The notes under the pieces: generated by a model
What the model was told of the DNA's origin: nothing
Database searches by the model: none
The model's input: the letters and a program-made list of their open reading frames with translations, nothing else
Shown here: positions 59,521 through 64,000 of the stretch, in pieces
How positions within the stretch are numbered: position 1 is the stretch's first letter
Layout: each line of letters starts with the position of its first letter
DNA from: Vulcanimicrobiota bacterium
GTDB lineage: Bacteria > Vulcanimicrobiota > Vulcanimicrobiia > Eremiobacterales > Eremiobacteraceae
Assembly: GCA_963805945.1 (NCBI GenBank)
Contig: CAWDVP010000006.1
Location: forward strand, 352,001-416,000
Direction of reading: 5' to 3'
Length of the DNA stretch: 64,000 bases
Program-made: the position numbers and the translations under genes

Positions 59521-62492
59521 AGGGGCAGCAGGCGCGCGAGCTCGGCCCCGAGTGTCGCCGCCTGCGACATCTGCGCCGTGCTCGGCGGGCCTTGTGACAG
59601 CGACATCGTCTGCTGCAGCGTCTGGATGCGCTCGCGCAGCGCATCGGGGCGGTACATATCGTCCTCCGAGTTGCGCGGGTTGGAGCTCAAGGCGTCGTAG
59701 AACGCCTTGTCGTGCGCGTCGAGCGCGCCGTGTTTTGCTTTTCCGTCGAGCGCGTTGAGCGCGTCGTCGATGCGCGAGAGCTCGTCGTTGAGCTGGCGCA
59801 GCAGATCGTGGCGCGCGACGTAGTCCTGTTGCGTCCACTGCGCACGTGGATCCGCTTTCACGATCAGCGGCTGCTCGAGCACCGTCGGCCCGACGTGCAA
59901 TCGCACCGTGTAGCTCCCCGGCACGACGTCCGCGCCGTCGGAGGGGCCCTGGTTCCACTCCTTGGCCGAGAGCCACAGGTGCGGCGGCGCCTCGGCCAGG
60001 TTCCAGGCGATGCGGTTGAGCCCCGCGTGCCCGGTGCCGCTGAGGTTGCGCAGCACGCGGCCGGTGGCGTCGATGATCTCGACGTTCGGCGCCGGCTTGC
60101 GCGCGGCGGCAAGATAGTAGGTCAGTAGGGCGCCGGCGGGTGGATTCTCACCCGCGAACAATTGCTGCGGCGGGATGCCCTCGCCGAGGCCGGTGCCGTA
60201 GATGTTCTTCCACCAGCGGTACCAATGGTACGTCGTGCGCGGCGCGAACAGAAAGGCGCTCGATTGGCGCGCGAGCGCCAACTGCTGCAGAGCGCTGATA
60301 TCGTCGAGCACGAAGAAACCGCGCCCATGCGTCGCTAGCACCAGATCGTCGGCCTGCGGCTGCACGCGCAGGTCGCGCGCCGCGGTCACCGGCATCGCGC
60401 CGCGCAGGCTCTCCCAATGCACCCCGCCATCGAACGAGACCCAGACGCCTTGCTCGACGCCCGCATAGAGGATGTCCGGGTTGCGCGGGTCTTGGCGGAT
60501 CACGTGCACGTATTGATCGTGCGGCAGGCCGGCGCTGATGCTGCGCCAACTGCCGCCCGAATCGTGCGTGACGAACGCGTACGGCGCGCGGTCACCGCTG
60601 TTGTGCCGGTCCACCGCGACAAACGCGGTGGCGGCATCGTGCGGCGATGGTTCCACGTTTTCGACGCGACCGTAGGGAGGCACCGGCGGCGTCACATCGC
60701 GCCACGTCGCACCGCCGTCCTTGGTGATGTGCACGAGCCCGTCGTCGCTGCCGGTCCAGATCACCGTCGCATCGATCGGCGACGGCGCGATGCTCAACAG
60801 GGTGTCGTAGAACTCGGCGCCGGACACATCGGTGTTCACGGGACCGCCCGCCACCTGCTGATGCGCCGGCTCGTCACGCGTGAGATCCGGACTGATGACC
60901 GTCCAGCGCTTGCCGTGATCGGCCGTGCGGAAGACGACGTTCCCGCCGAAATACGCGACGGTCGGGTCCAGCGGCGAGATCGCGACCGGCGCCTCCCAGT
61001 TGAAGCGATACGGCAGGCCGGCGAGCGCTCGGCCATTGGTGTCGGTCGCGTCGGGCGAGATGTCGTGGTTCTCCCGCGAGCGATAGTCGTACAAGCCGAG
61101 CTGGCCGGTCACCGCGTTGACGCCGACGTTCCACACGAGAGACGCGTCGAGCGGATCGGGTATCGCCCACACGCCATCGCCGTCGTTGCCGACGTCGCGC
61201 CAATCGCCGGAGAGGATGCCGAGCGGATCGCGACTGTCGGATGGGCCGCAAAAAGAGTCGTTGTCCTGGAAACCGCCGCAGATGCGGTACGGCTCGCTCG
61301 CGTCCAGGCCGAGCCGGTAGACCTGACCGATCGACACGTTGTATCCGAACGCCCATATCGACCCGCCGTCGAGGCTGATCGGCGCGCCACCATCGTCCGC
61401 CTCGATCATGCGCCTGCCGTCTGCGGCGATCCACATGCCGTGGTGGTCCTGATGCAACGCCGAGTCGACATTGCGGAAGGTGGCCCCGCCGTCGCGCGAT
61501 TCGAGCAGATTCTCCGAGAGGAAGAACACGTGGCGTGCATCGCGCGGATCGACCTCGAGCCGGCTCATGTAGAACGGGCGCTGGTTCAGTTCGGTATCGG
61601 TGCTCACGAGATGCCAGGTGTCGCCCGCGTCATCCGAGCGCCACAACACGCCGGATTTGGATTGGATGAGCGCGTAGACGCGCCGCGGATCGCTCGGAGC
61701 CACGGCAAGTCCGATGCGACCCATCACGCCTGGGGGCAGGCCGTGCCCGCTCAGCTTCGTCCACGTCACGCCGCCGTCACGCGAACGATAGATGCCGTCA
61801 TCGGGTCCGCCGCTTTCGAACGACCAGGGCACGCGGCGCAGCTGCCAGATCGCGGCGAAGGCCGTGCGTCCACGCGCATCCCAGGCGAGGTCGGCGGCGC
61901 CGCTGCGCGGGCCTACGTACAACGTCTTGCGCCACGATCGACCGCCGTCCGCCGTGCGATAGACGCCGCGGTCCTGGCTGTCCGCGAACGGATCGCCGAG
62001 CGCGCCCGCAAGCGCGATCGTCGGGGTTTTCGGATCGATGAGGATCCGCGAGATCGCATACGAGTTCTCGAGGCCGCGGTGCTGCCACGAATCGCCGCCG
62101 TCCACCGACAGCCACACGCCGTCGCCATAGGAGGCGTCGTTGCGCGGTTTCGACTCCCCGGTGCCTACCCAGACCACGCGTTTGTCGGAAGGCGCGATGG
62201 CGACCGCGCCGATAGCGGCGACCGGCTGGCTGGCCCAGCGGTCGCTCCACGTGACGCCGCCGTTGACCGTGCGGAACACGCCGCCGTCCGCGGCGCCGAA
62301 GAAATAGAGCAGCGCGTCGGCGTTCGTCCCGGCGACGGCGGTGACACGACCGCCCGACTGCCCGGGTCCTATAGAACGCCAGCGCAGGTCTCCCGACACG
62401 CCTGTGTCTGCCGAGGCGGGGCTGGGGAATATGAGAGAGAGCAGGAGTATGAGGACGAGGTTCGGCGCCGGGGACGTCTTCGCAAGCGTGAT
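59517..62492 (-). CDS. Secreted VPS10/BNR (Asp-box) beta-propeller protein, glycosyl hydrolase-like (start uncertain)
   Basis: WRSIGP..GGRV; many S.DGG.TW boxes; ATHGRG; GGAGG precedes ATC 62492. Confidence 0.85.
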   Translation of the reverse strand: MTLAKTSPAPNLVLILLLSLIFPSPASADTGVSGDLRWRSIGPGQSGGRVTAVAGTNADALLYFFGAADGGVFRTVNGGVTWSDRWASQPVAAIGAVAIAPSDKRVVWVGTGESKPRNDASYGDGVWLSVDGGDSWQHRGLENSYAISRILIDPKTPTIALAGALGDPFADSQDRGVYRTADGGRSWRKTLYVGPRSGAADLAWDARGRTAFAAIWQLRRVPWSFESGGPDDGIYRSRDGGVTWTKLSGHGLPPGVMGRIGLAVAPSDPRRVYALIQSKSGVLWRSDDAGDTWHLVSTDTELNQRPFYMSRLEVDPRDARHVFFLSENLLESRDGGATFRNVDSALHQDHHGMWIAADGRRMIEADDGGAPISLDGGSIWAFGYNVSIGQVYRLGLDASEPYRICGGFQDNDSFCGPSDSRDPLGILSGDWRDVGNDGDGVWAIPDPLDASLVWNVGVNAVTGQLGLYDYRSRENHDISPDATDTNGRALAGLPYRFNWEAPVAISPLDPTVAYFGGNVVFRTADHGKRWTVISPDLTRDEPAHQQVAGGPVNTDVSGAEFYDTLLSIAPSPIDATVIWTGSDDGLVHITKDGGATWRDVTPPVPPYGRVENVEPSPHDAATAFVAVDRHNSGDRAPYAFVTHDSGGSWRSISAGLPHDQYVHVIRQDPRNPDILYAGVEQGVWVSFDGGVHWESLRGAMPVTAARDLRVQPQADDLVLATHGRGFFVLDDISALQQLALARQSSAFLFAPRTTYHWYRWWKNIYGTGLGEGIPPQQLFAGENPPAGALLTYYLAAARKPAPNVEIIDATGRVLRNLSGTGHAGLNRIAWNLAEAPPHLWLSAKEWNQGPSDGADVVPGSYTVRLHVGPTVLEQPLIVKADPRAQWTQQDYVARHDLLRQLNDELSRIDDALNALDGKAKHGALDAHDKAFYDALSSNPRNSEDDMYRPDALRERIQTLQQTMSLSQGPPSTAQMSQAATLGAELARLLPL

Positions 62493-62589
62493 GGAGGCCC
62501 TCCGTTGCGCCGCGCGTTCGGGGATAGTGCGGCGATTTCCGCTGCTCCTTGAAGGACCGACCCGGCTATAGATTGTAGGCGGGACCAGC

Positions 62590-63312
62590 ATGCAAGCCAA
62601 GCCGAGCATCTTCGACATCCAGCGCAGCCGCGATCGCTTCTTCGCCGATCATGGCTGGCTCAAGACGTACCATTCCTTCAGCTTCGCGGACTATTACGAC
62701 CCGCACAACCTCAACTGGGGCGCGCTGCGCGTCCTCAACGACGATCGCATCGCGCCGAGCCAGGGCTTCCCGACGCACGCCCACCGCGACATGGAGATCA
62801 TCACCTATGTCATCTCGGGCGAGCTCGAGCACAAGGACAGCATGGACAACCACGGCGTCGTCAAAGACGGCGGGGTGCAATTCATGAGCGCCGGCACCGG
62901 CGTGCGCCACTCGGAGTACAACGGCTCCGCGACCCAAGAGCTGCACCTCGTGCAGATGTGGCTCACGCCCGGCAAGAAGGGGACCAAGCCGTCGTACGGC
63001 CAGTGCGATTTCACTCCGGCGGAGCGCTTGAACAAATGGCTGCTCGTGGCGAGCGGCACGCCAGGCAATCGCGCGCCTGTCGCCCTCACGCAGGACGCGT
63101 CGTTCCGCGTCTCACGGCTCGAGAACGGCGTGCTCGACTATCCGTTCCCGGCCGGCCGGCTCGGCTTTCTCTTCGTCGCCACCGGCAGCGTCGCCGCCAA
63201 CGGCGCGCGGCTCGAAGCAGGCGACGCGGTGCGCATCGGCGGCGTACCCTCGCTCGCGCTCAGCGGCTCGGGCGACGTGCTGCTCTGGGATATTCCGCCC
63301 ACGATAGAATAG
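62590..63312 (+). CDS. Pirin family protein (YhhW-like)
   Basis: HGWLKTYHSFSF, HAHRDMEI, MSAGTGVRHSE. Confidence 0.95.
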   Translation: MQAKPSIFDIQRSRDRFFADHGWLKTYHSFSFADYYDPHNLNWGALRVLNDDRIAPSQGFPTHAHRDMEIITYVISGELEHKDSMDNHGVVKDGGVQFMSAGTGVRHSEYNGSATQELHLVQMWLTPGKKGTKPSYGQCDFTPAERLNKWLLVASGTPGNRAPVALTQDASFRVSRLENGVLDYPFPAGRLGFLFVATGSVAANGARLEAGDAVRIGGVPSLALSGSGDVLLWDIPPTIE

Positions 63313-63325
63313 CAGACGCGGCGGT

Positions 63326-63349
63326 GGAGCGGTCGAATTTATTCGACCG
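63326..63349 (+). repeat. REP-like hairpin, family A, overlapping HMG-CoA lyase 3' end
   Basis: GGAG-CGGTCGAA-TTTA-TTCGACCG; loop gives TAA on minus strand. Confidence 0.85.
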
Positions 63350-64000
63350 TTAGAGCGGTCGCGGCTTGATAGTACTTGCTCGTCGGCGCGTGATCGAGCG
63401 CTCCCGCGATGAGCGACGAAGCGTGCACGACGCCTTCGAGCGATACACCGGTCTGGATGCCCATGCCGTGCAACATGTAGAGCAGGTCCTCGGTCGCGAG
63501 ATTGCCGCTCGCACCCGGCGCGTACGGACATCCGCCGAGACCCGCTGCGGACGAATCGAAGATCGCGATGCCCATCTCGAGCGCCGCGAGGACGTTCGCC
63601 AGCGCGGTGCCGCGCGTGTCGTGGAAATGCATCGCGAGCCGGCCGATGTCGATGTGCTCCGTCAGCAGCGAGACCAGCTCCACCACCTGGTTCGGCGTCG
63701 CCACGCCGATCGTGTCGCCGATGCTGATCTCGTCCACGCCAAGCTCGTCGAGCCTTCGCGCCACTTTCACCACTGCGACCGGCGCGATGATCTCGTCGAA
63801 CGGCGAGCCGAAGCACATCGAGATGTAGCCCCGCACCCGCACGCCCTCGTGCTTGGCACGGGCGAGCACCGCCACGAAGCGGTCGATCGACTCGTCGATC
63901 GTCGCGTTGATGTTGCGTCGGTTGAACTCGTCCGAGGCCGCGGTGAAGACCGCGATCTCGCGGGCGCCGGCCGCGAGCGCGCGCTCCAAGCCGCGCTCGT
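63339..64000 (-). CDS. Hydroxymethylglutaryl-CoA lyase (5' part beyond window edge)
   Basis: GDTIG..P, HFHDTRG, GLGGCPYAPGASGNLATED. Confidence 0.95.
   Translation of the reverse strand, partial: ERGLERALAAGAREIAVFTAASDEFNRRNINATIDESIDRFVAVLARAKHEGVRVRGYISMCFGSPFDEIIAPVAVVKVARRLDELGVDEISIGDTIGVATPNQVVELVSLLTEHIDIGRLAMHFHDTRGTALANVLAALEMGIAIFDSSAAGLGGCPYAPGASGNLATEDLLYMLHGMGIQTGVSLEGVVHASSLIAGALDHAPTSKYYQAATALTVE

Overview
High-GC bacterial chromosomal window, mostly housekeeping genes on the minus strand. It has Firmicutes-like gene order (yacL-ispD-ispF-gltX-cysE-cysS-rlmB-sigH; tRNAs-tuf-rpmG-secE-nusG-rplKAJL; fakA-plsX-fakB; cmk-plsC-ispH) but also encodes a TonB-dependent outer-membrane receptor. 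This fits a diderm Terrabacteria lineage such as Eremiobacterota or Armatimonadota (inference). Accessory genes sit between the tRNAs of the normally compact Thr-Tyr-Gly-Thr-tuf cluster: two tandem PilV/PilW/PilX-like minor-pilin cassettes, a MarR-MacAB efflux unit, an Lrp-KamA pair and a broken spermidine-synthase-like gene. The best unannotated signal is a 10-codon poly-cysteine leader ORF (MSLASSCCCC*, 32629-32597, minus) between gltX and cysE. Its Ser/Cys codons are complementary to the cysE Shine-Dalgarno, making it a likely cysteine-sensing translational attenuator at the position where Bacillus has a T-box. Two families of GTAG-type REP hairpins recur about 16 times, some overlapping stop codons or coding sequence. 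Scattered single-base frameshifts in conserved genes look like long-read assembly errors.
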